Shown here piece by piece: positions 1-12,452 of a DNA stretch of 64,000 nucleotides. Origin of the DNA: Eledone cirrhosa (lineage: Eukaryota); assembly GCA_964016885.1 (NCBI GenBank), contig OZ024746.1, positions 89,714,001-89,778,000 on the forward strand. The letters are read 5' to 3'. Every line of letters begins with the position of its first letter. The stretch's first letter is position 1. The notes under the pieces are model-generated. The model saw nothing but the letters and a program-made list of their open reading frames with translations. It ran no database searches and was not told the origin of the DNA. The translations under genes and the position numbers were made by a program.

Positions 1-183
1 GGAAAGGATCAGGGGTGTATAACACTCCACTTATCCAGCAGGCAGTATGAGGTTAGCTCAATGTCTGAGGACAGAGCCGTAATATAATAAATAAATAAAG
101 CAGGCAGTATGAGGTTAGGGCGGATGAAACAATGTTAGCAAGTAAAGATATGCATATGCTATAAGCGTTCTTTGTTATTTATT

Positions 184-277
<94 letters not shown>

Positions 278-349
278 ATATAATTGGCAGATGTGTCGTA
301 TGAAGACAGACGTCCAATACTTTCAATGTTACTATTATTTAGCAACTTG

Positions 350-533
350 GGGTGGTTGATTGGCAGTATCAGTAGAGGGTGAGACGCCATGCATTGCAGC
401 ATAGATTTGCGCTCCTTTATGGTCAAATCTCACCGAGGTTAACTTTGCCTACCATCCTTACGGGGGCGATAAAATATAGTACCAGTAATGTACTGGGTAA
501 TTGCTGGCCTTGTGCCAAAAGTAGAAACAATCA
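350..533 (+). mobile_element. tRNA-derived SINE family A (short form)
   Basis: A-box-like TGGCAGTATCAG head, central CATCCTTACGGGGGCGATAAAATATAGTACC (Nin/Deu-like domain), tail GCCTTGTGCCAAAAGTAGAAACAAT; ATTTAGCAA on both sides (TSD-like). Confidence 0.85.
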
Positions 534-713
534 TTTAGCAAATTTCTTTTGCATCTCTACACACCTACCAGTTTTAGTTTTATCCATTCTGGTCTTCGAT
601 GACTTAGTCGATTTTACAATTTAAACTCACAATACATGTGTTGATCTTCCCTATCAGTATATATAACACACTATTCTCAGCTGTTCATTTCTCTCAACCT
701 ATTCTGACACATG

Positions 714-715
714 AA

Positions 716-756
<41 letters not shown>

Positions 757-845
757 TATCACCACTATCACTATTATCACTACTACTACTTCCATACTTC
801 CTACTCCCAGCAGAACTCAAACAACAACCACTATTAATACTACTG
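714..845 (+). repeat. (TAC)n microsatellite decaying into low-complexity sequence
   Basis: Pure TAC run at about 717-755, degenerate CTA/CAA triplets afterwards. Confidence 0.9.
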
Positions 846-2495
846 CTATTGCCATTTTTGCCATACTCTTGTTTATACAACACAATTGCCTCTTTATTGA
901 TTTCATCTTTCCTAGTCCTTCCAACATAACCTCAAATAATATTTGAAATGACGTACAGTGATTAGTTGATATAGCACATCTGCTCTGCATAAATACAATC
1001 AAGCTGAACAATAAAGAACAAATGGTAACGGATCCAATCACAATAATAGGCATCCAAGATGAGTGATGACCTAGTGTTAAATAAGAATAACATCAACAAT
1101 TGTCATTACTTTATTCAGACAGCAGAAACGCTGAAGAGCATAAAAAGATTTGATAGTTTTACCAAGAATATGACACAATGAGTGTTAAGATCTGGTGTGG
1201 TCGAAGGTATTATAACAGCACCCTATCGCCTACGGAAGAATATAAATCAATTTCATTTATAAATCATCTTCCATTATCAAAATGATACTGCAATGCCAGG
1301 CATCTATTGTTTCAAATGTAAATATTTTTCTAAGAGATAATATATAATTGCTTCTATAGTTTCGAGATATAACGATTGCATACAAGCATCATTTTCCATC
1401 AATGTTTACATATTGGTTATAATCTATTGACTGCAACTTACTGCAAAGAAAACTGCAAATATTCATAATCTCAGAGAAATTGTGTTCATTACGACCCGAA
1501 AGTAATTTGTGTAAATGTCTGGGTATATATTGAAACAACTAAACATTATGTTGACATTTAAAAAAAATATTGTTCGTGGGTAATTTTATCATAAGAATTG
1601 GATGTAGAAATCTCTGTCTTTCATACTACCGGCAATGTTTTCGAAATACATAGTGACACGACATTTAACCATTCCTTTTGATAGCACGACATTCATTCAG
1701 AGAGATGTTATGCATATTCCCGTACTGTATATATTCCGCATCCAGGCTGGTGAAACATTGGAATCCACTCTGAATAGCGTCAGTAATTCCAAATATATTC
1801 TATGCTCAGACCGATCTATTCAATGTTAATTTGCATCTCGCTCACCAACGCCCGCTGATCGCTTCCGCTGCTTGATTCGCTTCAATTCCATCTTTTCCAT
1901 TCTTATTTATTTGTCTCATTCAATTTTCTTTTTATTTCCATTCAATGTTGTTGTTTTTAACATGCCTGTGTATAGCAATGGCATTGGAAGACATAGACAG
2001 TATATATAACATCTAATTATATGTGTCTTATCTGACACCCTGTTCGTGTGTGTATAAAATTGTACACATTCAAGGATATCAATATTATACCGTGCGGAAT
2101 GCGTAATAATTTGCCTTCAGGTTGAATAGAGAAATTTTTGTACGTAGAACAAAATTAATTAGATAGATTCGAACATATTCTGTGGTGGCAATGGATTGAA
2201 ACCGTTGATGCAGAACGGTGTATTAACAAAAGTGTAAATTAATCAGCATTAGGCAGATTGTTAACACGGCGCCATTTTGAGGGAAGAAAAACCTCTTATT
2301 TTATTTATAATTCCAGTATACAAGCGTCGTTCAGAATTTGGTATCGTTAATGGTAATTGACGTCTTTCGTTCATTTTCCTCCGTAATATATGGAACACTC
2401 ATATTCAGGATTACAATTCTCTTATCTTCTGTAATTAACGCATATTATGCCCGCACGTAGAGATGTATGAATGTACACACACACATGCACACACG

Positions 2496-2583
<88 letters not shown>

Positions 2584-3294
2584 TTTAGTACCGCATTAAC
2601 GAAGCTTTAAGTTGCGGCCAAGTAAACGAATGCAAATTCGGTATGTAGCTTTAACACTCGATAGGGAATAGCACGCCAGAGTAATAACAATACGTTTAGA
2701 CAGATTTGCAAATTAAATATAGCGATCGGCTGGCCGCATTGCCATAGCAAGGAAAATGGTTAGACTCAGGAAAAGATTTTAGACTGACCTGGACCAAGCG
2801 CAGAGACCGAATGCAATATATAATGCATATCGTATGCACACGATATACATCACATACAACACACAACATCCACGCTAGGTTTCTGTAAATCTGAGATCGA
2901 CTAATTCCGCTTGCAGGGTTATTGGTCTTTGACGACAGAACAAAGGATTTACTTCTTCAACAAGTCTTGCGTTCTTTAGCCTCTGCGGGTGTGTTCTAGT
3001 AGTAAATTTCGCTATTGACACGTGGTTTTCTAGCGGTGAATTCGAAACTTAAGACAAAGGAATGAAATTCCCTTAGACAAACCGAATTAAGCACTCAACC
3101 AGAAGTTATCAAACAAACATAAACAATTAATCAATAGAATTGTCTAATTAAATTAATCAGTTAATCGTTAATTATAGGAGTTAAAATACAAATTTAAGTA
3201 CAGCAGTAACATTACAGAACGGAGTGAAAGACTCACTATAATCTCTATAATTTAATGAGGCGAAGAGTAGATTCCAGACTCTTTGTAAATCATC

Positions 3295-3370
<76 letters not shown>

Positions 3371-3421
3371 TATATGATTTTGAACGTACATGTATATATG
3401 TGTAATTTTTTATATTCATAT

Positions 3422-3453
<32 letters not shown>

Positions 3454-3483
3454 TCATACACACACAGAGAGACACACACACGT

Positions 3484-3534
<51 letters not shown>

Positions 3535-3657
3535 GGAGGTGAGTTTCATTGTAGTACAATAAAGCAATGCAGATATCGGATAAGTAGCAGTCTACAGTTT
3601 GTAGGACTGGAGTATAAATAATATATAAGATCAAAAGATGGTTAAAAGAGTTCCATG

Positions 3658-3728
3658 TATTTTATTATGCGCATTTCAAAAACAAATATCATCATGCGAT
3701 GACATTTGCGTTTTCGTCAGATAAAATA
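3658..3728 (-). ncRNA. Type-I minimal hammerhead ribozyme (mirror copy)
   Basis: Reverse complement of the 3937-4007 motif with CTGACGA and GAAA cores intact. Confidence 0.8.
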
Positions 3729-3936
3729 GGGAGACATGATATGAAGGTGAACAAACACTTGTGAATAGTGTAGTTTTAAATCAACATAACAAAAGTAGTT
3801 TTAGATTGATGTGTGATATTGGGAAAAACTTGACGAGGGGGGGGGGGTTCACACGTCAATCTAAAACTACTTTTCTTATGTTGATTTAAAACTGCACTAT
3901 TCACAACTGTTTTTTAACCTTCATATCATGTCTCCC

Positions 3937-4007
3937 TATTTTATCTGACGAAAACGCAAATGTCATCGCATGATGGTATTTGCTTTTGAAATGCGCATAA
4001 TAAAATA
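3937..4007 (+). ncRNA. Type-I minimal hammerhead ribozyme
   Basis: TATTTTAT-CTGACGA-[AAACGCAAATGTCATC gcat GATGGTATTTGCTTTT]-GAAA-T GCGC A-TA-ATAAAATA: 8-bp stem I, long stem II, palindromic stem III, AUA cleavage triplet. Confidence 0.85.
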
Positions 4008-4039
4008 CATGGAACTCTTTTAACCATCTTTTGATCTTA

Positions 4040-4100
<61 letters not shown>

Positions 4101-4118
4101 TGTGTGTGTATGTACATG

Positions 4119-4150
<32 letters not shown>

Positions 4151-4464
4151 CACATATATGTATGTAGTCTCATACATGCACACATACATGCACATATATA
4201 GTTACGTGTATAAATATTATAACAGTACAATATTTATGCATACATACGCATATATGCATTTATATGAATGGCAAACCCTTTTCTTCATCCGTTAAACCTC
4301 AACTTCCTCTTAACTTCAAGTTTTCGTAATGAAGTATTAACACCCAATACTTTCCTTTTCCATTTTCAAAAAAGCATGAAATTAATATACTTTGTGTAAC
4401 GGTATATATGTGTTCTTTCTACTGTATTCTGGTACTAAGCATTCATAGATGCATATATACATAC

Positions 4465-4770
4465 ATGATGGCTGCCCCCTCTTTATCGAGTATGTCCATT
4501 GCACGATATACCATTATTAATAATTATTAATTAATTGTTTGTGCAATGCCTGTGAGTGAAGACATTTTTTAAAGTGAGGAAAGACTGTGCACTGAGCCAA
4601 TCCCACTCTCTGAGGCACAGTAGCTATAACCCGAAACTACTGAGCCGCAGGTTTTATATCGGAGTTATCCCAGTTTCCTGTGTTGCCTTCTCCCAGAAAA
4701 ATGCCGTGACAAATTCTCGGGGTCCTTCACTCCCAGTGGTTTAACGGCGCGATCGGGTCTCCAGCCCAAC
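4465..4770 (-). mobile_element. Dispersed repeat, probably RTE-type LINE 5' region
   Basis: Shares blocks with 40090-40502 (ATGGCTGCC, GCAATGCCTGTG, GCCAATCCCACTCTCT, TTATATCGGAGTT, CCTTCTCC); both follow (CATA)n. Confidence 0.5.
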
Positions 4771-5100
4771 TATTTCAATGTCCCCGCGCATATACATATA
4801 CATGCACCCATGCATACACACATATAATCATACACACACATTTACATGTGTATATACATATTTACACACTTTTGGATGGCCGTTGACTGTTATGAGTTCT
4901 TCTCCTCTTTGTCAGGTATTGTTTTTTGTCCTGTAGGGTGTCCAAAATCACCCTCTTCACCAAGTAAACTTGGTGGGTTGCCGGTTCACTCTTGAGTGCT
5001 ACTGGTAACATGTAATCCAGTAAAAACCTATCGCATGTTCGGGTCGTCGGCGACATACATACATAAAGATGTATGTACATGCACATGTCATTGCTATGAA

Positions 5101-5292
5101 TAATTGTTTCTACTTTTGGCACAAGGCCAGCAATTATCCCAGTGCATTAATGGTGCTTTATTTTTTCGACCTCGTGAGGATGAAAGGCAAAGCTAACCTC
5201 GGCGACATTTGGACTCAGAACGTAAATGGTAATAACTCTATGCTGCAAAGCATGGTGACTGACGCTCCTCCGATACTCCCCAAACCACCACC
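5101..5292 (-). mobile_element. SINE family A
   Basis: Reverse-complement match to the family A consensus; in tandem with the next copy. Confidence 0.85.
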
Positions 5293-5304
5293 CTGGGCTG
5301 TAAA

Positions 5305-5493
5305 TAATTATTTCTACTTTTGGCACAAGGCCAGCAATTATTCCAATGGATTACTGGTACTTTATTTTATCGACTCCGTAAGGATTAAAGGCAAAGTTAA
5401 CCTCGGCGTGATTTGAACTCAGACAATAAAGGGCCGTAACTCTATGCTGGAAAGTATGGCGTCCGATATTCTACCGATACTGCCAATCCACCG
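5305..5493 (-). mobile_element. SINE family A
   Basis: Near full length; TSD GTAAATAATTATT at about 5300 and 5493. Confidence 0.9.
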
Positions 5494-6344
5494 TAAATAA
5501 TTATTACCAAATCATTACCTTCTTGGGCACAAGCATGACCTTTCCTGAGCTGATGGTACTTCTTCCATCATAACATGTTGGCTTCTGGTCAGCAATAATG
5601 ACTGAATCTATGTAGTAACTACTTACACATTCCTATAAAGTTCCTAACGTCTTATGATAACTTCAATGTCAATCTCTTCGCCCAAAGTCATTAGATTGGT
5701 TGACATTTAGAAGGGTGTTAAATTTCGTTGAAGTGTCTTATTCGTGATCTCAAATAATTTGATGGTATTAAGTAGAGTGCTCTAAACTACGAAAGTGGAC
5801 GATCTAGTTATACACATGTAACTACGTATATACAGGTTGGGAACAGAGACTACGCCGATGTGTATATGATTATACACATTTTTAATATATAGACATGTTG
5901 ACCTGCTACATATGCAAAATAACGATTTTCAGACATAGGTAGGTTTAAATCAGAAGGTGTATATATCATATAAATGATCAGAAACAGACATGCCTCTGTT
6001 GCGTTTATATACTCATTTATTAATAGTAACTTTCTGGAATGGACGTACTAATTTGCATATAATTAGCTCTCGTGTTAGTAATTAATTAAGTTATATATTA
6101 AGAAGTGCGATATGCCATGGAAGTGTACAATACATTAATATATGTATATATACAGGGTAGGGAACCGAGACTGAGCTGTTGTGCATATAAATATACACAT
6201 ATTTAAAATATAGACATGTAGACATGCAGGACTTATGAACTTCTCTGTATTTCTGGAAAGTGTTACTATTTATTGCTATTTGATTCTTCACTTTTGAGCA
6301 ATTAATAGACATTCCTGACGCCATTACAGTTTAAAAAAAAACGC

Positions 6345-6755
6345 AGATTTTGGCTGTAAGACTGTAATGTGTGACCGAACTAATATGATTGCGAATACAA
6401 GCGACCGAAATGGTGTTATACCGAAACGTCCTTGAAGTAACGTTGCTTGATAGAGTGAGTAGCTCGGAAATCAGAGAGTCATTCCGGATGGAGCTCCTAC
6501 TTCGGATATATGGACATGTGGTTAGAATGTCTGATGAAAGAATTGCTGGATATATTTGACGGGCAAAACTAAATGATAGGAGACCAGAGGGGTAGACACC
6601 TAGCAAGATAGTAGGATAACATCCAAGAACATGGCTGGTCATATGTGAGGATCGAAGTGGATCATTTGGAGACGGCTGTTTGTGACCCCCTAGAATAGGT
6701 GTTTGAGGACTCTGCCCTTACGAGCCTCTCAGGAATAAGTGGGAGAAAGAAAAGT
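6345..6755 (+). mobile_element. RTE-clade LINE 3' fragment (decayed)
   Basis: Translates to LEVTLLDRVSSSEIRES...YGHVVRMSDERIAG...RRPEG, matching the RTE C-terminal pattern GHVxRM...GxRPRGRP; A/G-rich tail. Confidence 0.7.
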
Positions 6756-6951
6756 AAAAGCAACGCTTCCATGGATTCTACCCAAAACCTGAATGCACCC
6801 AGACACAATTAACCAGGTGTACATCTATATTATATATCAAGTAGTTCTCAATATAGTTCATATATATAACATTTTCAACACTAATGCACTAACATATTTA
6901 CTCGTTGATCTTTATGCTCAGCTCCTATGTGTGTCTGTATGCGTGTGTGTG

Positions 6952-7060
<109 letters not shown>

Positions 7061-7921
7061 TCTGAATTTCCCGAATCTACGCTTCATCCCAACTAGAAAT
7101 CAGATAATTTATTACGACTCAATTTTTATCTTTGGATACATCTATTCCAATATGACGATATTGAAAATTGTATTCCCTTAATTGTTATTTATGGCACAGT
7201 AAATATACAATGAAGCACAACCACAAACACAATCACAGGTAAAATGGTAAAATTATGTATTTACGTGTATGTTATATTAAAGCAATATATTTCTACGTGC
7301 CTCTGCACCATTGCGGCTTTCAATAGATAGTTAATACCTTACTGTAAACGAATATATGAACAGTATTCAAGTTAGCACATTGTTTTAGTTTATGATCAAG
7401 TTCCCTTCAGGAAATATCTGCAGCTACATTCTTCTAGGCTCCACTACTGTCACGACTGCATTGTCCTGCGTATATCCTCACATTACTAAGGTATAAAATC
7501 ATCCCAAGCAACCACGTCTATTTATTTCTGATAACGTTACACACTCTTCTTCATTCCCCCGAGCTACATAGATGAATTAACAATATCGATTGCGTTATTC
7601 TTCAATAGAAAGACACAAGGAACTTAATCTCAGCTTAATAGGCGTTTATATTTCACAGGAGATATTACTCCATTCATTGTGTGTATTGCCAAGAGTAAAT
7701 TGCACGAACAGTGATATTTTGAATGAGATCATATATTGATTGATAAAATATTTTTATATAATTTCTGGAAATAATTGCGTCAAAACATACACATATATGT
7801 ACGTTTATACATATACATACATACGTACATATTTACATACTTGCGTACATATATAAATACATACATACATTCATACATACAGGTATACACACATGCACAA
7901 TTAAATATATGTATATATATA

Positions 7922-8315
7922 TACGAGGGTAATCCAAAAAGTAACGTCTCCAAAGCGATGGGGTTGCAGAGAAACTGTTCATTTGGCTGTTGGCAACACC
8001 GTTGTGAATGGTGCTTCCTTCACTCCCAAACAAGCACGCGCGCTCTTCGCTGGGATGCGCAATCTTGGCTTGGCAGCCATTGAGAACGGAGCTCCCGTTA
8101 AACGCTACCGCCAAGTGCGAATTTCGCGCAGTTATTATATAGAGGGCAATCCCAAAAGTAATGTCTCCTTCAGAGGAAAAAATGCGTAAAGGTCGGCGGA
8201 TCACTCTGGATGGACTCTGCATTTTGGTTCCTGAGGTTTCCCGAAGCACCATCCACAGGATTTTAACGTAAAAGTTGCAATATCGGAAGGAGACCTTACT
8301 TTTGGGATTTCCATC

Positions 8316-8320
<5 letters not shown>
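7922..8320 (+). mobile_element. Internally deleted mariner element
   Basis: TIR TACGAGGGTAATCCAAAAAGTAACGTCTCC versus GGAGACCTTACTTTTGGGATTTCCATCGTGTA; transposase relics ELPLNATAKCEFRAVI and RRITLDGLCILVPEVSRSTIHRILT*KLQYRK; TA flanks. Confidence 0.85.
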
Positions 8321-8365
<45 letters not shown>

Positions 8366-8431
8366 ATATAGTAATTGCATAATATAAAGACGTACATACA
8401 TAAATATGTACATTCTATATATACATATGCT

Positions 8432-10008
8432 TGTGTCCTGAATGTGTGTCGACATCAACTTGCATATCCTCTTGTTAACCTGTGGAGGAACTCACTGGAG
8501 ACTGGCTATATTCCTGAAAACTTTCTGTCCCAGTCCGTTGTCCCACTCTTCAAAAAGGGAAATAAGTCCTTGCAGTGAACTACCGTCCGATCTCGCCCAC
8601 CTCTCATATTATCAAGGTATTTGTGAGGGTGGTGAGATCACGAATAACCCTTTTTCTTGAAAGCAACGGCCTGCTGAACTCCAACCAACATGGGTTCTGT
8701 AATGGAAGGGACTGCCTAGCGCAGCTCCTGCATCACTTTGACGATGTTTTGGGATCTTTGGGAGAGGGCTCCAACACTGATGTCATCTACCTTGACTTCA
8801 ACAAGGCCTTCGACAGGGTTGATCATATGATTCTACTGAAAAAACTATCCAATGTTGGTGTCTCTGGAAGGTTACTACAGTGGATCAAATATTTCCTGTC
8901 TTGTCAGGCAGAACCCAGCATGTTTTAATCGAAGGAGTAAAATCAAGCCCTGCCAAAGTCAGCAGGGGCGTCCCACAAAGCACTGTGTTGGGCCCACTTC
9001 TTTTCATCATCTACATTAATGACATTACTGACTTCATCAAGCACAGCATCATCAGATTCTTCGCAGATGATTCCAAGATCCAAAGGACCATCAATGAGGG
9101 GGGCGGGGTGACCGGACTTGCCTTCAGTCAGACCTACTAGCTGTTATCCAATGGGTAGAAATGAATAATATCCTGTTGAATGAGGATAAATTTGAATTAA
9201 TCCACTTTGGCAAAAAGTGAAACTCTAGTGGCATCCAATAACATCAGAGACCTGGGAGTAATTGTGGACAACAACATAAGCTGGGCTACTCATATAAACA
9301 GCAATGTCGATATGGCTCGCAGAATGTGTTCCTGGATTCTTAGAACTTTCCAGTCAAGAGATAGCCACACTGTTATCCTTCTCTTCTCCACTTTTTCCCG
9401 ACCCCACCTTGAATACTGTTGTCCACCATGGTCACCCCACACCAAAGTACCATGAAAGTTGAAGCACCCCAAAGGTGAATTACAAAAAAGATAGATGGCA
9501 TGACAGGCCTTGACTATTGGAGTCGATTAGAAAAGCTCAAACTTTATTCTCTTCAACTTCGGCGTGAGCGCTACATTATCTGTATGATGTGGAAAATATT
9601 CCATCACCTGTGCCCAAATGATGTTGGCATCACCTTTAGTGTACACCCAAGGCTTGAGCCCGTGATATCCGCCCACGACAAAAATCCCACTCGCATCACA
9701 TAACAACAATCCGGCACAATTATTTCACCTCAATTGGCCCTGCATTCCTTAACATTACACCAAGACACATGAAAGCAGAGACAGACCCCATCACGTTCAA
9801 GAAGTCTTTGGATAAATTCCTTCAAGAAATCCCGGATAAGCCTCCTACACCCAGATATTCCTCCGTAAACAATAACTCTCTGCTCGAGTTGGCCATGGTG
9901 CCCAAACACTGATTTGTAAGACTTCGCCAGATGGTGCTATTAAGTTAGACATGGTCTGGGCCAATACTGGCCGAAACCTATCAAAGTTATCAAAGATATC
10001 AAAGTTAT
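8432..10008 (+). mobile_element. 5'-truncated CR1/L2-group LINE; reverse transcriptase pseudogene
   Basis: Frameshifted RT: NYRPIS, NQHGF, YLDFNKAFDRVDH, GVPQSTVLGPLLFIIYIND, FFADDSK, RDLGVIVD, RPHLEYC..WSP, LRRER; 3' tandem tail (TATCAAAG[T/A])x3. Confidence 0.92.
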
Positions 10009-10010
10009 AT

Positions 10011-10063
<53 letters not shown>

Positions 10064-10319
10064 CAAGACACTTTATTTAATTTTGCTCCCGTTTACTCAG
10101 CTGTAAAGAACTACTAGTAACATTTAGCCTTGTACAATCTGTTACATGTTCGGGCCATCTGCGACTTAACCGGTAACCCCACACAACTTTGGTGGTGGGG
10201 AGGTTAACTGTTGGACACTGTGGGATGAAAAAAAAATCTTGAATGGGTGGAGGGACGCTGAAAAGTCGATGGCCATCCGATACCTGAGGTTTATAGATCA
10301 CTAGATTCGTGGTAAATAT

Positions 10320-10680
10320 TTGCACCAATCCTATGTTATCAACATTTCAGAAAAATGTGGCTGGTATAAAACAGAGTTGTGCCATGGCTCCTGTTCTCGT
10401 TGCTTTATTATTCCTTGGAATAGTCCAGTATGGATTTGTCGATTCAGACACTTGTTTCAATTCCTTACATCAGGTGTGTTATTCAAGCTTCAGCGCATTA
10501 AAGCTGAAACACTTACACGAGCAAGTCGTATTTGTGATTTACTGCTTGCTGATGATGATTCACTTGTTGAAATATTCCAAGAAGAGGCACGAGAATAGAT
10601 GAACCATTTATCTCTTTCCTGTAAAGCATTTGGTTTAATAAACAGCATTAGGAAATCTGATGTACATCAATACGGGCAAG
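10320..10680 (+). mobile_element. RTE-clade LINE RT fragment
   Basis: GIKQSCAMAPVL (GVKQGCVLAP-like), then frameshifted GVLFKLQRIKAET...DLLLADDDSLV...CKAFGL. Confidence 0.8.
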
Positions 10681-10769
10681 GAAAGACTTGTCAATGTCAG
10701 TGTTATATCTCTTAAAACGAAATGTGTAGTTTATTGTGGAGTGGTACTGACAATACCCTTATATAACTC

Positions 10770-10900
10770 GGAGTCATGAACGCTTTATCTCACCCACATT
10801 TATAAACTTGATGTTTTCCATATACATCCCCTTCGCTCTAACTGGGTTAAGTACTTTCTTACAGAATCCCCAATGCCGCTCTGTTCAGTAAATGAAACGT
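10770..10900 (+). mobile_element. Highly decayed LINE RT fragment
   Basis: IYKLDVFHIHPLRSNWVKYFLTE resembles LLxKLxxxGIxxxLLxWIxSFL. Confidence 0.45.
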
Positions 10901-11325
10901 AGGTAGGATTGAGTCATTTCTCATGTGATCCCAGCTTAGATGCGCTCATCATATCTTACCGATGACTGGTGATTGCACACCCATGCACATCACACTATCA
11001 ACTTCATAATGGTGCTCATAAGGTAGACAGACTATTACAAATCTATACAAACAAACAGAAGTACAATTATAAATCTGTGAATCTGTGAACTTAAACCTCA
11101 CTTCATATAAGCCCTAGCTACGGACCATGGAGGTATACAAACTTTGCAAAATCTCGTCTGTCCATTATCGTGTTTTAAGATCTGACCACACGATCCGATC
11201 AAATATCTTAATATCTCATACTTCTCTGCTCAAAGTCCTGTCATCTGCTTTAAATTCCATTTGATTCGCAAATGAGCAGCAGAGTGATAACCATAAAAAC
11301 GGAGAACATTGTAAAGCCGTCACAC

Positions 11326-11384
<59 letters not shown>

Positions 11385-11386
<2 letters not shown>

Positions 11387-11716
11387 AGTGTAACTTGGAA
11401 TTACTGTAGGTTCACCCGTATGAGCACTCGATATTTAGGTTCACTTCTGTGGCGAGGTGTAGAGCTATACAGAGTGTATTATATTGAAAGGATAACAAGG
11501 ACGATTGGTTACACCTTCATTACATTTATTGGTTGGTGAGGCGCGTTTCGCCACGGATTAGCTCAAGGTTCGATATGTATCGATCTTACCCGACTCTGTA
11601 ATCCGCAGCTCGACGGACCCCTTAAAATGCTAATAGAAAATGAATACATGCTATATGATAATGTCAGAAGTTCATATGTTGGTCAATAAGGATTGTTTTT
11701 TTGATTGGTGGAATAG

Positions 11717-11720
<4 letters not shown>
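11385..11720 (-). mobile_element. TA-embedded repeat with degenerate hammerhead and GAGTGCT tail, family H5
   Basis: About 230 bp homologous to 27075-27310; minus strand GGT-ccgtcga-GCTGCGGATTA...TAATCCGTGGC-GAAA-CGCGCC-TC-ACC; TCGAGTGCT at 11423-11431. Confidence 0.6.
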
Positions 11721-11773
<53 letters not shown>

Positions 11774-12237
11774 CGTTTCTGAAATTGTTTAGCTAGATTC
11801 TTTATCTGAAAACGTGTGTTGAAACCGATATTGTTATGCTTTGGGAAGGTCATGTTGCCAATAAGAAAGTGAAAGCAACTGGTGCGTGTGTTTCTTATTG
11901 GCAACATGACTCTCACAAAGCTAACAATTTATATATATATATATATATTCATATATACAGATGTCAATCGAAACAATATCATCTCGATTTTGTTTTACCA
12001 TCTCAATGAAATGTGCAAGCGAATGCTTCGCCTACACACACGGTATTGTTATGGGAACCAAAGTAAGTTTGTTTTGCAATGCATATCAGTGAGCAGTGAA
12101 CTAAGCAAGGCAGAAATATTCACTTACATTACAATTAAATTCTTGCCAATACCGCGGTTTCAGACCCAACGAAAAGAATATACAAATGGCCTTAATTAAA
12201 ATGAACCAGATAATTATCAAATTTAATACAAATTTAA

Positions 12238-12452
12238 TGAAGGCGTGTGGCTGAGTCGTTTGAGAATTGGATTCGCAATCGTAAGGTTGTGAGTTCGAAT
12301 CCTGGACCAGGTGATGCGTTATGTCCTTATGCAAGACAGTTTATTTCACGTTGCTCCTCCTACCTGGAGTTGCGACCGATAGATATTATTAGCAATTGGA
12401 AAGACCAACGGAAACCTTGTTCCCTCGGTCCGATTTGACGAAAGTCGATCGT
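12238..12452 (+). mobile_element. tRNA-derived SINE family B
   Basis: A box TGGCTGAGTCG, B box GAGTTCGAATCC, TGTCCTT..GCAAGACA domain; homologous to 42130-42345. Confidence 0.85.

Larger units (their letters stand above)
3531..4044 (-). mobile_element. Fold-back hammerhead cassette (inverted PLE pseudo-LTR plus tail), family H1
   Basis: Inverted arms 3621-3816 and 3849-4044, unpaired tail 3531-3620, (TA)n on both sides; homologous short copy at 27395-27578. Confidence 0.75.

Noticed and set aside
638-1053. Overlapping ORFs with poly-Y, poly-T and poly-V
   Set aside because: Product of the (TAC)n tract.
4985-5060. TTGAGTGCT preceded by CACTC
   Set aside because: No palindrome, hammerhead or TA junction nearby; may be chance or another repeat, so not counted in the tail-motif set.
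12238-12315. Possible tRNA genes here, at 42130 and at SINE A heads
   Set aside because: A/B boxes continue into SINE bodies and no clean cloverleaf forms; these are SINE heads.
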